Assembly: GCA_963764165.1 (NCBI GenBank)
Contig: CAVXRD010000003.1
Span: 224,001-288,000, forward strand
Source of the DNA: an uncultured Verrucomicrobiae bacterium
GTDB lineage: Bacteria > Verrucomicrobiota > Verrucomicrobiia > Limisphaerales > Palsa-1400
Length of the DNA stretch: 64,000 nucleotides
Direction of reading: 5' to 3'
Below the pieces are notes generated by a model, which had not been told where the DNA came from, searched no databases, and saw only the letters and a program-made list of their open reading frames with translations. The position numbers were made by a program, and so were the translations under genes. This document shows positions 1 through 8,931 of the stretch, one piece after another (position 1 is the first letter of the stretch; each line of letters opens with the position of its first letter).

Positions 1-646
1 GAAGCTCCGCCGCCGGGGTCACCGCTGGATTATCGTGCCCAATGCCGATGAACACCGAACGCTTGCGAACCTGCTTGTCCGCCGATAGCCGCGCGACGAG
101 ATCAATCCAAGTTTGGCTGGTTTTTTCGTATGGCCCGACGTGTCGCAAATAAGCCACACGGATCGGTTCAATCTTTTTGGCAATGACTTTCATAACTTTT
201 GTTGTGATGTGATTTGTGTTGAATGTGGTCAAAGGAATTCCCGGACGGAAATGCACGCCGGACGGCGCGGCGAGAATGGCGATGGGGCCGGCCGCGCGGC
301 GAAATTCCGCCGGCGAAACTCCATAAGCCGCCTTGAACGCCCGCGTGAACGCTTCATGCGCCTCGTACCCGGCGTCCAGCGCCAACTGAATCACCTGCTT
401 CGCGCCCGACCTCAATTCCATCGCCGCCCGCTCCAGCCGCAGCCGCCGCACATAGTCGGCAATCGTCTCCCCCGTCATGGCCGCGAAGATGCGATGAAAA
501 TGGAAACTCGAAAAACACGCCACCCGCGCCAACTCCTCCAAATCCAGGGCGTCATCCAGGTGCTTCTGGATATGCGTGAGCACGCGCAGAATGCGCTCGT
601 GATAATCATTCCACGTTGTTTTATGCTTTGGCCGTGTGGCGTTCAT
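1..646 (-). CDS. AraC-family transcriptional regulator with GyrI-like effector domain (3' end runs off the window)
   Basis: Manual minus-strand translation from ATG 646 (alternative 652): MNATRPKHKTTWNDYHERILRVLTHIQKHLDDALDLEELARVACFSSFHFHRIFAAMTGETIADYVRRLRLERAA...QLALDAGYEAHEAFTRAFK (double HTH), then ...VAYLRHVGPY...GIGHDNP (GyrI-like). Absent from the ORF track. Confidence 0.9.
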   Translation of the reverse strand, partial: MNATRPKHKTTWNDYHERILRVLTHIQKHLDDALDLEELARVACFSSFHFHRIFAAMTGETIADYVRRLRLERAAMELRSGAKQVIQLALDAGYEAHEAFTRAFKAAYGVSPAEFRRAAGPIAILAAPSGVHFRPGIPLTTFNTNHITTKVMKVIAKKIEPIRVAYLRHVGPYEKTSQTWIDLVARLSADKQVRKRSVFIGIGHDNPAVTPAAEL

Positions 647-783
647 CTGCATCAAAATTAGCAAACGCAATCGTTGGCAGCTTGACTAATTTTGCGGTTT
701 TGAAGTGCCAGCATTTCCAAACGGCCCGCTCAACCACCTGCTGCGTGGGAATTCTTTTATAACGCCTTCTCGGGGCGCACAGA

Positions 784-818
784 TTGACTCGGCGCTGTTA
801 CTCAAGTAAATTTGTCGC
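784..818 (+). promoter_or_regulatory. Sigma70-type promoter, probably giving a leaderless mRNA
   Basis: TTGACT (784-789), 17 bp, TAAATT (807-812), 6 nt, ATG at 819; no Shine-Dalgarno. Confidence 0.6.
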
Positions 819-1007
819 ATGGCAAACACGAGCCAAGTTCAAAAGAACCTGCGAGCCGCAATGAAAGAGGCTTTGCGGATTCAAGACCGATTTTTGCCTG
901 AACCTGTATTTGCCAAGACTGGCCGCGGATACCTGAAAAGCGAAGGTGTCGCGACGATGCAGAAGATCAAAAGCAATCTTCAGCGGCAGCGTTCGAAACG
1001 GAAATGA
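819..1007 (+). CDS. Small basic protein, possible antitoxin/partner of downstream Fic-like gene
   Basis: 62 aa, good promoter, ATGA overlap with next ORF. Confidence 0.55.
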   Translation: MANTSQVQKNLRAAMKEALRIQDRFLPEPVFAKTGRGYLKSEGVATMQKIKSNLQRQRSKRK

Positions 1008-1381
1008 ACAGGGTGTGGCTGCGGGACTGGCCTTGGGATACGGTGGCGACGATTAACGCGGGGCTTTGCCAACAAAAGAACGCGCTCCACAAGCCCACTT
1101 CCGATGGGTTCGAACCAACTCGATCACTCTGGAATAAGACGAGGGAGCGCAACCTGCCGCTGCGGGAGGTTCTCGATATTCTCCGCCAGTGCCATCGATT
1201 GGCGCCATTTTGCTTTTATAATGGAAACACCTTCGCAGCCATCGGCCGGATCATTATTCAAGACCTCCTCCGCAGCATGCCGGCCGAAAAAGCGTTCGCC
1301 CTGCGAAGCGTCGTTGGCCACTACATTGCAGGCACGGCGGGCGCGGACGAACTTGCACGAGTACTTGATGATGTTTTATAG
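1004..1381 (+). CDS. Divergent Fic/Doc-like protein
   Basis: 125 aa; HRLAPFCFYNGNTFAAIGR loosely resembles the Fic motif HPFx(D/E)GNGR; Doc-like size; coupled to a small upstream ORF. Confidence 0.5.
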   Translation: MNRVWLRDWPWDTVATINAGLCQQKNALHKPTSDGFEPTRSLWNKTRERNLPLREVLDILRQCHRLAPFCFYNGNTFAAIGRIIIQDLLRSMPAEKAFALRSVVGHYIAGTAGADELARVLDDVL

Positions 1382-1582
1382 ACCGGCCTGAACCGTCTTC
1401 CGCTTGGCCTTCTTCGTTGCCTTTGTGACCTTCTGTTCAATTTCAGTGGAAACGGCAAAGACTCTCTAAAACAAGGAAACGAAGAGCGCGATGAATTCTG
1501 TTCAGACCCGTGTTTGTCACAGGCGCCGGATTTTTCTTTTTTCATTGGCGGATTTTGGGTCTCCCTTTTACTGTGAAGCCCA

Positions 1583-2647
1583 ATGAGTGATTTATCGTTG
1601 TCCAAGCAACCACTTTCAGGCCCCGTTTCGTCTTCTTCATCGACCCTTTCCGGGGACGATGTGTCCGCGATAGATCAGTTGCGGGCCAACTATAAAGCCC
1701 TCCGCGCCGAACTTGCCAAGGTCATCATCGGCCAGGAAGTCGTGATTGAACGCCTGCTGATTTGCATTCTGGCGCGCGGCCACGGTTTGCTCATGGGCGT
1801 GCCCGGCCTCGCTAAAACCACCATTGTCAATGCGCTGGCGCAAGCGATGTCGCTCGATTTCAACCGCGTCCAATTCACGCCGGATTTGATGCCTTCCGAC
1901 ATCACCGGCACGGACATTTTGCAGGAGACGGATGTCCCCGGACGCCGAGCGTTCGTGTTCGTCAAAGGGCCGTTGTTCGCCAATATCGTTTTGGCGGACG
2001 AAATCAACCGCACGCCGCCGAAAACGCAATCCGCCCTGCTGGAAGCCATGCAGGAACATCGCGTCACGGTGGCCGGGCGATTCTTTCCCCTGCCCGCGCC
2101 GTTTTTCGTGCTCGCGACGCAAAATCCGATTGAGCAGGAAGGCACCTATCCGCTGCCCGAAGCGCAACTGGACCGTTTCATGTTTTTCATCCACGTCGAT
2201 TATCCGAGCCTGGCGGAAGAAGGCCGCATCGCCCGCGAGACGACCAGCGGCGCACCCGCGCAATTAACCAAGCTCATCAATGGCGAGCAAATCATCAGCT
2301 TTCAGGAAGTCGTGCAGCGCGTGCCGGTGCCGGATCATATCTATGACATGGCAGTCGCAATTGTGCGCAAGACCCGGCCCCGCTCCGCCGATGCGCCGGA
2401 TTGGCTCAAGAAATGGGTTTCGTGGGGCGCGGGGCCTCGTGCCGTCCAATATTTGATTCGCGGCGCCAAAGCCCGCGCCGTTCTGCACGGAAGTTATCTC
2501 GTGCGCAAAGAGGATTTGGAATCGGTGGCTGGGCCGGTATTGACGCATCGCATCCTGACGAATTTCCAGGCTCAATCCGAAGGCGTCAGCAGCGCCGATG
2601 TCGTCGTGCGCCTGCTGGCCGAAACGGGAGAAGCCAAACGTGGCTGA
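1583..2647 (+). CDS. moxR: MoxR-family AAA+ ATPase
   Basis: GVPGLAKT Walker A, RVQFTPDLMPSDITG, LADEINRTPPKTQSALLEAM, ATQNPIEQEGTYPLPEAQLDRF. Confidence 0.95.
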   Translation: MSDLSLSKQPLSGPVSSSSSTLSGDDVSAIDQLRANYKALRAELAKVIIGQEVVIERLLICILARGHGLLMGVPGLAKTTIVNALAQAMSLDFNRVQFTPDLMPSDITGTDILQETDVPGRRAFVFVKGPLFANIVLADEINRTPPKTQSALLEAMQEHRVTVAGRFFPLPAPFFVLATQNPIEQEGTYPLPEAQLDRFMFFIHVDYPSLAEEGRIARETTSGAPAQLTKLINGEQIISFQEVVQRVPVPDHIYDMAVAIVRKTRPRSADAPDWLKKWVSWGAGPRAVQYLIRGAKARAVLHGSYLVRKEDLESVAGPVLTHRILTNFQAQSEGVSSADVVVRLLAETGEAKRG

Positions 2648-3545
2648 CACCGCCGAATGGCTCGATTCGCAGGTGCTCAACCGCCTGATGAATTTGACGC
2701 TGATGTCGCGCTCGGCGATGGAAGGCTCCGTTTCGGGCTTGCACAAAAGCCCGCATCGCGGCTCCAGCGTCGAGTTCGCCGAATATCGCAATTACGTTCC
2801 CGGCGACGATATCCGCCGCCTGGATTGGCGCGTGTTCGCCCGCTCCGACCGTTTCTACATGAAGGAATACGAGGCGGAGACGAACATGCGCTGCTACTAC
2901 GTGCTCGACGCCAGCGGCTCCATGAAATACGGCGACACGCCGGGCGGAAAATTGCTTTACGCCAAGCGCCTCATCGCCACGTTGGCATACATCGCCTCGC
3001 ACCAAGGCGACGCTTCGGGATTGATCTGCGCCTCGGGAAAATCCATCACGGAACTTCCGCCGCGCCGAAATCCTGCGCATCTCAAGACGCTTTTTGAAAC
3101 GCTCGGCAATACTGAAGCCAAGGGCGAAACGGGATTGATCACGGCCTTGCACGATTTGGCCGAGCGCGTTCGCCGCCGCGCGCTCATTGTGGTCGTGTCG
3201 GATTTTTTTTGCGACTTGGAACCGCTGTTGAATTGCTTTCAACATTTGCGTTTCCAAAAACATGACCTGGCGTTGTTTCAATTGCTGGATCGCTCGGAAT
3301 TGGAATTTCAATTTGACCGCCCGCTGCGATTCACGGATTTGGAAAGCTCGATGAGCGTGGTGACGGAGCCTTCGGCCATTCGCGACGAGTATTTGCGGCA
3401 AATTGGAGGATTTCTGGATGCCCTTCGCACGGGGTGCAACGAATTCGGCGCGGATTATCGGCGTGTGGTGACGGATCAGGATTACGAGCGGGTCCTGGCG
3501 GATTTCCTGGTGGAGAGGGTCACCGTGGCGGGGAGATCGCCGTAG
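2640..3545 (+). CDS. DUF58 domain protein (vWA-like MoxR partner)
   Basis: GLHKSPHRGSSVEFAEYRNYVPGDDIRRLDW, DASGSM, VVSDF; GTG start at 2640 overlapping the moxR end. Confidence 0.92.
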   Translation: MADTAEWLDSQVLNRLMNLTLMSRSAMEGSVSGLHKSPHRGSSVEFAEYRNYVPGDDIRRLDWRVFARSDRFYMKEYEAETNMRCYYVLDASGSMKYGDTPGGKLLYAKRLIATLAYIASHQGDASGLICASGKSITELPPRRNPAHLKTLFETLGNTEAKGETGLITALHDLAERVRRRALIVVVSDFFCDLEPLLNCFQHLRFQKHDLALFQLLDRSELEFQFDRPLRFTDLESSMSVVTEPSAIRDEYLRQIGGFLDALRTGCNEFGADYRRVVTDQDYERVLADFLVERVTVAGRSP

Positions 3546-3564
3546 GGATCGTCAGACGCAGTCA

Positions 3565-5559
3565 ATGACATTTCTCCAACCATTTGTATTGCTGGGCCTG
3601 CCGCTGATGCTGGTGCCGGTGATCATTCACCTGCTCAACCGGCTCCGCCACCGCCCCAAGCCGTGGGCGGCCATGCGATTCCTGCTGTCGGCCACGCGCA
3701 GTTCAACCAGCCACACGAAGCTGCGGCAATTCCTGATTCTGCTGTTCCGCGTTTTGGCGGTGGCGATGCTGATGACGTTTCTGGCGCGCCCACTGGCGGG
3801 CGGCTGGCTTGGCTGGGCGGTTTCGTCCGCGCCGGATGCGATTGTCATACTTCTTGATCGCTCGGCCAGCATGGAAGCGCAATCGGGCGGCACGACGAAA
3901 CGCGAGCAAGCCATCAAGCTGCTGTCCCAGGCCGCGCAAACGTTTGAAGGCACGAGCCATATTATTCTTATCGACAGCGCGACTCGCACGCCGCAGGAAG
4001 TCGCCAAGGCCTCCAGTCTTTCCACATTGTCCATCACAGGACCGAGCGACACCGCCGCCGATGTGCCCGCAATGCTGCGCGCCGCTTTTGACTGGCTGGT
4101 GGAAAATCGCGCGGGCACGGCGGAAATCTGGCTCGCCTCCGACGATCAGCGGAGCAACTGGCATCCCGACGATCCGCGTTGGAAGAATGTAATCGCGCAA
4201 ATTGGAGGCTTGTCACAGAAGGTTCGCATTCGCCTGCTGCAATTAAATCAACCGCCGGAAGCCAACACTTCCATCGCCATCCGCGAAATGGCCCGGAGGC
4301 CGCGCGGCGCGAAATCGGAGCTTGAGGCTGTGATCGACATCCAGCGCAATCGCCAGGCTGGCGAGAAGGTTCCTGTCTCGATGATTCTGGACGGCCAGCA
4401 TTCCGAGACCGACGTTGCGTGCGAAGGCCAAACCTTCCGGTGGCGGCGAAAGATCGATTTGGGTGGGCGCAAAGACGGCGGCTGGGGCGGTTTCTCTCTC
4501 CCGGCGGATGCCAATCTTCGCGATAATTCAACGTGGTTTGTTTATGGCGCGGACAAGCCGTTGCGCGCGATGGTGGTCAGTTCCGACCCGGATGTTTCGC
4601 GCATCCTTCAATTGGCTTCCGCCTCGCACAATGCCGAGCCGGCCCAGGTCATCACGCCTTCCGATCTCCCGAACGTCAGCTTCACGAATTGCTCGCTGTT
4701 GCTGTGGCAGGCCCCGCTGCCCGAAAATTCGCAAGCCGACGCCGTGCGCACCTTCGCGGATGAAGGCGGTGTGGTGGTCTTTTTTCCTCCCGGCGAAAAT
4801 GCCGCGAGACAATTCGACGGCGTGGCGTGGGGCGACCCGCAAACTTCTGACACCAAGGATGGCTACCGAATTCTGCGCTGGAATGAAGACGAAGGCCCGC
4901 TGGCCAAAAGCGACGAACACTTGAGCATTCCGCTCGCTCAAACGGCGTTTCTCAAACGTCAGTCGCTGATTGGGCAAAAAAATGTCATGGCGTCGTTTGA
5001 AGATGGCGCGCCGTTTCTTACGCGCGAGAATATCGGGCGCGGCACGATTTATTTTTGCGCCTCCCTCCCCCGCACGGATTGGTCGAGCTTGAGCGACGGG
5101 CCGGTGATTGTGCCGATGCTGCAACGCCTGCTCGCCGCCGGCGGGCGCCGATTGCAAATTGACACCACTGCCAACTGCGGCGAATTGGGCTCGGTCGAAT
5201 TGGCCAAGCAATGGGTTTCCGTCGATTCGGCCAAGCCGAAGGATATTCGCGTGGAATCCGGCGTGTATAAGAACGGTGACCGCCTTCTGGCCGTGAATCG
5301 CCCTGCGGCCGAGGACGAAACGGAAGTCGTCACCACGGAGGAGGCGCAAAGTCTTTTCGGCACGCTGCCCGTGCAAACTTTGGAAGAGCGCAAAACGAAC
5401 GTGGAACAAATTCAAGGGGAAGTCTGGCGGCTCTTTGTCTTCGCCATGCTGTTCTTTTTGATCGCGGAAGGCTTTCTGGTGATGCCAGCGAAACAGGCCG
5501 CCCCAATCACGAATGGGCGCACGCCGAAACCGCAGCGGCGGGAGGAGCAGCCCGCGTGA
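3565..5559 (+). CDS. BatA N-terminal domain / vWA membrane protein
   Basis: MTFLQP...PVIIHLLNR...WAAMRFL...LARP (BatA-like), MIDAS DRSASM, C-terminal TM. Confidence 0.88.
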   Translation: MTFLQPFVLLGLPLMLVPVIIHLLNRLRHRPKPWAAMRFLLSATRSSTSHTKLRQFLILLFRVLAVAMLMTFLARPLAGGWLGWAVSSAPDAIVILLDRSASMEAQSGGTTKREQAIKLLSQAAQTFEGTSHIILIDSATRTPQEVAKASSLSTLSITGPSDTAADVPAMLRAAFDWLVENRAGTAEIWLASDDQRSNWHPDDPRWKNVIAQIGGLSQKVRIRLLQLNQPPEANTSIAIREMARRPRGAKSELEAVIDIQRNRQAGEKVPVSMILDGQHSETDVACEGQTFRWRRKIDLGGRKDGGWGGFSLPADANLRDNSTWFVYGADKPLRAMVVSSDPDVSRILQLASASHNAEPAQVITPSDLPNVSFTNCSLLLWQAPLPENSQADAVRTFADEGGVVVFFPPGENAARQFDGVAWGDPQTSDTKDGYRILRWNEDEGPLAKSDEHLSIPLAQTAFLKRQSLIGQKNVMASFEDGAPFLTRENIGRGTIYFCASLPRTDWSSLSDGPVIVPMLQRLLAAGGRRLQIDTTANCGELGSVELAKQWVSVDSAKPKDIRVESGVYKNGDRLLAVNRPAAEDETEVVTTEEAQSLFGTLPVQTLEERKTNVEQIQGEVWRLFVFAMLFFLIAEGFLVMPAKQAAPITNGRTPKPQRREEQPA

Positions 5560-7739
5560 GACATTTGACCATCGCCGCGCCGCTCGTCGTGCTCATCCCT
5601 ACCGTGCTGGTTTGGGCGGGAGCCGCGTGGCTGTGTTACGTGAATTGGCAGCGCGCGGGCAATCGCAAGATCGCCTTTCGACTGGAAGGTTTGCGTTTCA
5701 TTCTAGTTACGCTCCTCGCGCTCACCCTGTTTCGCCCGGAATTTGTCGAAACTCTGGAGCGCTCGTCTGCGCCGGAAATCGCCGTGTTGACGGACGTCTC
5801 CGACAGCATGAAAACGCGCGACATCAGCATGACCAACGGCATCATCAGCCGCGAGGATTGGCTGGCGCGGCAGATTGCGCGCAAATTTTATCTGCCGCTG
5901 CAAGCCAGGGCGAAGGTCTCCGTGGAACCGTTCGCCGCGCCGGACACCAACAAAAACAGCATCATCGGCACAGATCTCAATCAGGCGCTCGATTATACGC
6001 TGCATCGCTACAAAAACCTCAAGGCGGTTTTATTGTTGACGGATGGCGAATGGAACATGGGTTCGTCCCCTCTCGGCGCGGCCACGCAATATCGCGAGCA
6101 GAACATTCCGATTTTCGCCGTGCCGGTCGGGCGCGAAACGCCAGTGCCGGATTTGATTCTCGAGGCGGTTTCCGCGCCGTCCTACGGATTGCTGGGCGAG
6201 GAAATTGCCGTAGCTTTCCGCGTTGTCAGCCATTTGCCGCGCGAAGTCAAAACGACCGTCACCATTGCCGACAACTTTGGCCAATCCGCCAAGAAAGACA
6301 TCGTCATTCCGCCGCTTGGTGAAGTTGAGGATTCCGTGCTTTGGTCGCCACGCGAAGTCGGAACGGTCAAAGCCACGGTGAAATTGCCGGTGGAGGCGGA
6401 CGAAGCCATCGCCGAAAATAACGAACGCGCATTCCAAATGGCAGTGCGCGTCGAGAAATTGAAAGTGCTGGTGGTCGATTCGCTTCCGCGCTGGGAATAC
6501 CGCTACCTTCGCAACGCCCTCGCCCGCGATCCGGGCGTAGATGTTCATTGCCTCCTTTACCTGCCGGGCATGGGAACGGGCGGTGGACTGAATTACCTCT
6601 CTGCCTTCCCGAGCACGAAGGAAGACCTCGCTCCTTACGACGTCGTTTTCCTGGGCGACGTAGGCATTGGCGATGGCGAATTGACGGACAAAGACGCGGA
6701 GTTGATCAAGGGCCTGGTGGAACAGCAAGGCAGCGGATTGGTTTTTGTGCCAGGCCGGCGCGGGCGCGAAGCCACATTGACGAACAGCGTGCTGAAGGAT
6801 TTGTTCCCGGTCGAATTGGATCCCGCCAAGCCCGGCGGCGTCGGAATGGATGACGAATCGCAATTGACGCTGACGAGCATCGGCAAACGCCATTGGCTCA
6901 CGCGCTTCGATTCCGACGAGCAGCGAAACGACGAGTTGTGGAAGCAACTGCCGGGATTTTTCTGGTCTGCCTCCGTCGAAAAAAGCCGACCCGGCTCGGA
7001 AGTTTTGGCGGTGCATAATTCGCTGCGCAACCAATGGGGCCGCATGCCGCTGCTGGTGACGCGCCCTGCGGGGAGCGGGAAAGTTTTGTTCCTCGGCACC
7101 GATAGCGCGTGGCGCTGGCGTCGCGGCGTGGAGGACAAATTTCATTACCGGTTCTGGGGCCAAGTCGTGCGCTGGATGGCCCACCAGCGGCACCTTTCGG
7201 AAAAAGACGGCATCCGCTTGAGCTATAGCCCGGAATCGCCGCAAGCGGGCGACACCGTTTTCCTGCAAGCCACCGTGCTGGACCAATCCGGCTTTCCAGT
7301 GGACAAAGGCCCGGTCAACGGAAAATTGGTTTCGCCCAGTGGACGCTCCGAGCGGCTTGATTTTGCGCAAGTGGAAGGCGGCTGGGGCGTGTTCAAATCC
7401 AGCATTGTTGCGCAGGAAGCGGGCGTCTACAAATTGCAATTGGACTCCGATCCCTACGGCCGCCACCTCCTCACCGAACTCGAAGTCGCGCGCCCGGTCA
7501 TTGAAAAAGAAGGCCTCCCCGTCAACGCGCAGGTGCTTTCCGAAATGGCGTCGCTCTCGCAAGGCGGCGTTTACTCGATGGCGGACATTGATAAAATGGT
7601 CAACCAAATCGCTCTTCTGCCCGAACCCAAACCAGTCGAACGCCGCATCCGCATCTGGAGCGATCCCAAATGGGGCGGCGCAATTTTGGTATTGTTGACA
7701 ATCTATTGGGCCGGGCGGAAGTGGGCTGGATTGATTTAA
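5556..7739 (+). CDS. Membrane protein with vWA and glutamine-amidotransferase-like domains
   Basis: N-terminal TMs, DVSDSM and LLTDG MIDAS elements, PRWEYRYLRNAL, YDVVFLGDV, DSAWRWR, C-terminal TM; typical fourth gene of such MoxR operons. Confidence 0.8.
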   Translation: MRHLTIAAPLVVLIPTVLVWAGAAWLCYVNWQRAGNRKIAFRLEGLRFILVTLLALTLFRPEFVETLERSSAPEIAVLTDVSDSMKTRDISMTNGIISREDWLARQIARKFYLPLQARAKVSVEPFAAPDTNKNSIIGTDLNQALDYTLHRYKNLKAVLLLTDGEWNMGSSPLGAATQYREQNIPIFAVPVGRETPVPDLILEAVSAPSYGLLGEEIAVAFRVVSHLPREVKTTVTIADNFGQSAKKDIVIPPLGEVEDSVLWSPREVGTVKATVKLPVEADEAIAENNERAFQMAVRVEKLKVLVVDSLPRWEYRYLRNALARDPGVDVHCLLYLPGMGTGGGLNYLSAFPSTKEDLAPYDVVFLGDVGIGDGELTDKDAELIKGLVEQQGSGLVFVPGRRGREATLTNSVLKDLFPVELDPAKPGGVGMDDESQLTLTSIGKRHWLTRFDSDEQRNDELWKQLPGFFWSASVEKSRPGSEVLAVHNSLRNQWGRMPLLVTRPAGSGKVLFLGTDSAWRWRRGVEDKFHYRFWGQVVRWMAHQRHLSEKDGIRLSYSPESPQAGDTVFLQATVLDQSGFPVDKGPVNGKLVSPSGRSERLDFAQVEGGWGVFKSSIVAQEAGVYKLQLDSDPYGRHLLTELEVARPVIEKEGLPVNAQVLSEMASLSQGGVYSMADIDKMVNQIALLPEPKPVERRIRIWSDPKWGGAILVLLTIYWAGRKWAGLI

Positions 7740-7929
7740 TTGCGGGAACAATATCCTCCCATTGGCTGGTTTGCATCGTATCCTGCCAAAGAGGCAAAAA
7801 TAGAATTTCTTTGCACCGGTCCGCGGCTGCGGCGCTTCGGCGGTGGGTGCTCAGCGTGGTTTGAGGCGAGTGGCGATAGCAACCGCTTGAATTCGCGCGG
7901 CAAAGGAATTGCAGTCGCCTCTGGCGGAA

Positions 7930-8406
7930 TCAAGCGCGCGCCAGAACAACCGGCGACCGCACCAATTCCAACCAATCTTGCAGACCACTGACGGCATTGG
8001 CCAGATCTATGGGCACGAGAGGTTTCACCAGAAATGATCTGGCCCCCAAGGTATAAGCCCGGCGAAGGACGGTTGTATCGCCAGCCGCGGTCAAAACGAT
8101 GACCGGGACGTAGTTATGCGGCGGATGGTCGCGCAGCCACAAAAGGACATCAAACCCGTCGAGTCCGCCCATTTTAAGATCCAGAAAGACGAGGATGGGA
8201 TATGGAAATTGCTCCCGGTCCGAATACCCGTCGCGGCCCTGGAGGTAATCCAGGCAGGCCTCGCCAGAATAAACGGCGCGGGTGCAAAGCTGTGGGAAGA
8301 TTTTACCGAGCGCACGCTGTGTCAGGCGCACATCGTCGGCGTTGTCGTCCACGATTAAAACGGTCCCCGGCACAGCATCCGGACGTTTCAAATATGTCTC
8401 ACTCAC
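7930..8406 (-). CDS. Single-domain response regulator
   Basis: VLIVDDNADD, FLDLKM, VIVLT, FLVKP. Confidence 0.9.
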   Translation of the reverse strand: MSETYLKRPDAVPGTVLIVDDNADDVRLTQRALGKIFPQLCTRAVYSGEACLDYLQGRDGYSDREQFPYPILVFLDLKMGGLDGFDVLLWLRDHPPHNYVPVIVLTAAGDTTVLRRAYTLGARSFLVKPLVPIDLANAVSGLQDWLELVRSPVVLARA

Positions 8407-8665
8407 TATCCTTTTCTAAATCACCCCCCGCTTCTGAGTCAATCAGGGCGCGCCTCCAAATGCGCCTAAGGGTTTCCCCCCATATTGCGGAGGACACGTC
8501 CGCATGCGATTGTTGAAGATTTTTTGAAACTTTTCGCCTTTATGTGTGTCAAATAGGCTTAACAATGACAAGCACGCATTCGGTGTCAAAAAAATTTGTG
8601 GCAATCTGGCGGGCGGTTTTTGCCGCAGCCGGTGCGCAGTCCCAATTATTCGTGAGTCACGGCCT

Positions 8666-8863
8666 GGCGAGACTGCCAGCGAACTGTCTTATGGACGCAG
8701 GGACGCCTCGCCGAGGCGTCCGGGGCGAGGCGTCGTTGAACGGTGCGGCCCATAAAAACTTTCACGCGCAACCAGACGCCTCGGCGAGGCGTCCCTGCCT
8801 CCAAAGGCGAAATTTGTTCGTCGGAACTCCTCACCGATTCGTTGGTTGGGGCCTCCTGCCGGG
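8666..8863 (-). repeat. Nested palindromic (REPIN-like) element, copy A
   Basis: Inverted hairpins GGACGCCTC-GCC-GAGGCGTCC (8701-8721) and GACGCCTC-GGC-GAGGCGTC (8775-8793); region is the reverse-complement homolog of about 55572-55917. Confidence 0.85.
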
Positions 8864-8931
8864 CAACGCGGTAAATTTGCAATTCCTGGCAATCACCGAT
8901 TCGTTTTGACAGTATTCAAGCGCACGGAGGC

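Noticed and set aside
113..661. 182-aa plus-strand ORF
   Set aside because: Antisense shadow of the minus-strand AraC/GyrI gene, which has clear motifs.
1583..7739. MoxR-DUF58-BatA-vWA operon as a novel system
   Set aside because: A widespread, well-catalogued arrangement with nothing unusual visible here.
8690..8800. Repeated palindromes as a CRISPR array
   Set aside because: Units are inverted pairs with no regular direct repeat-spacer period, and no cas genes are present.
8544..8909. Short ORFs over repeats (also 53623-54313, 55444-55839 and N-terminal extensions of the 52208, 54416 and 55811 ORFs)
   Set aside because: They are read-throughs of palindromic repeats; better starts exist downstream for the real genes.
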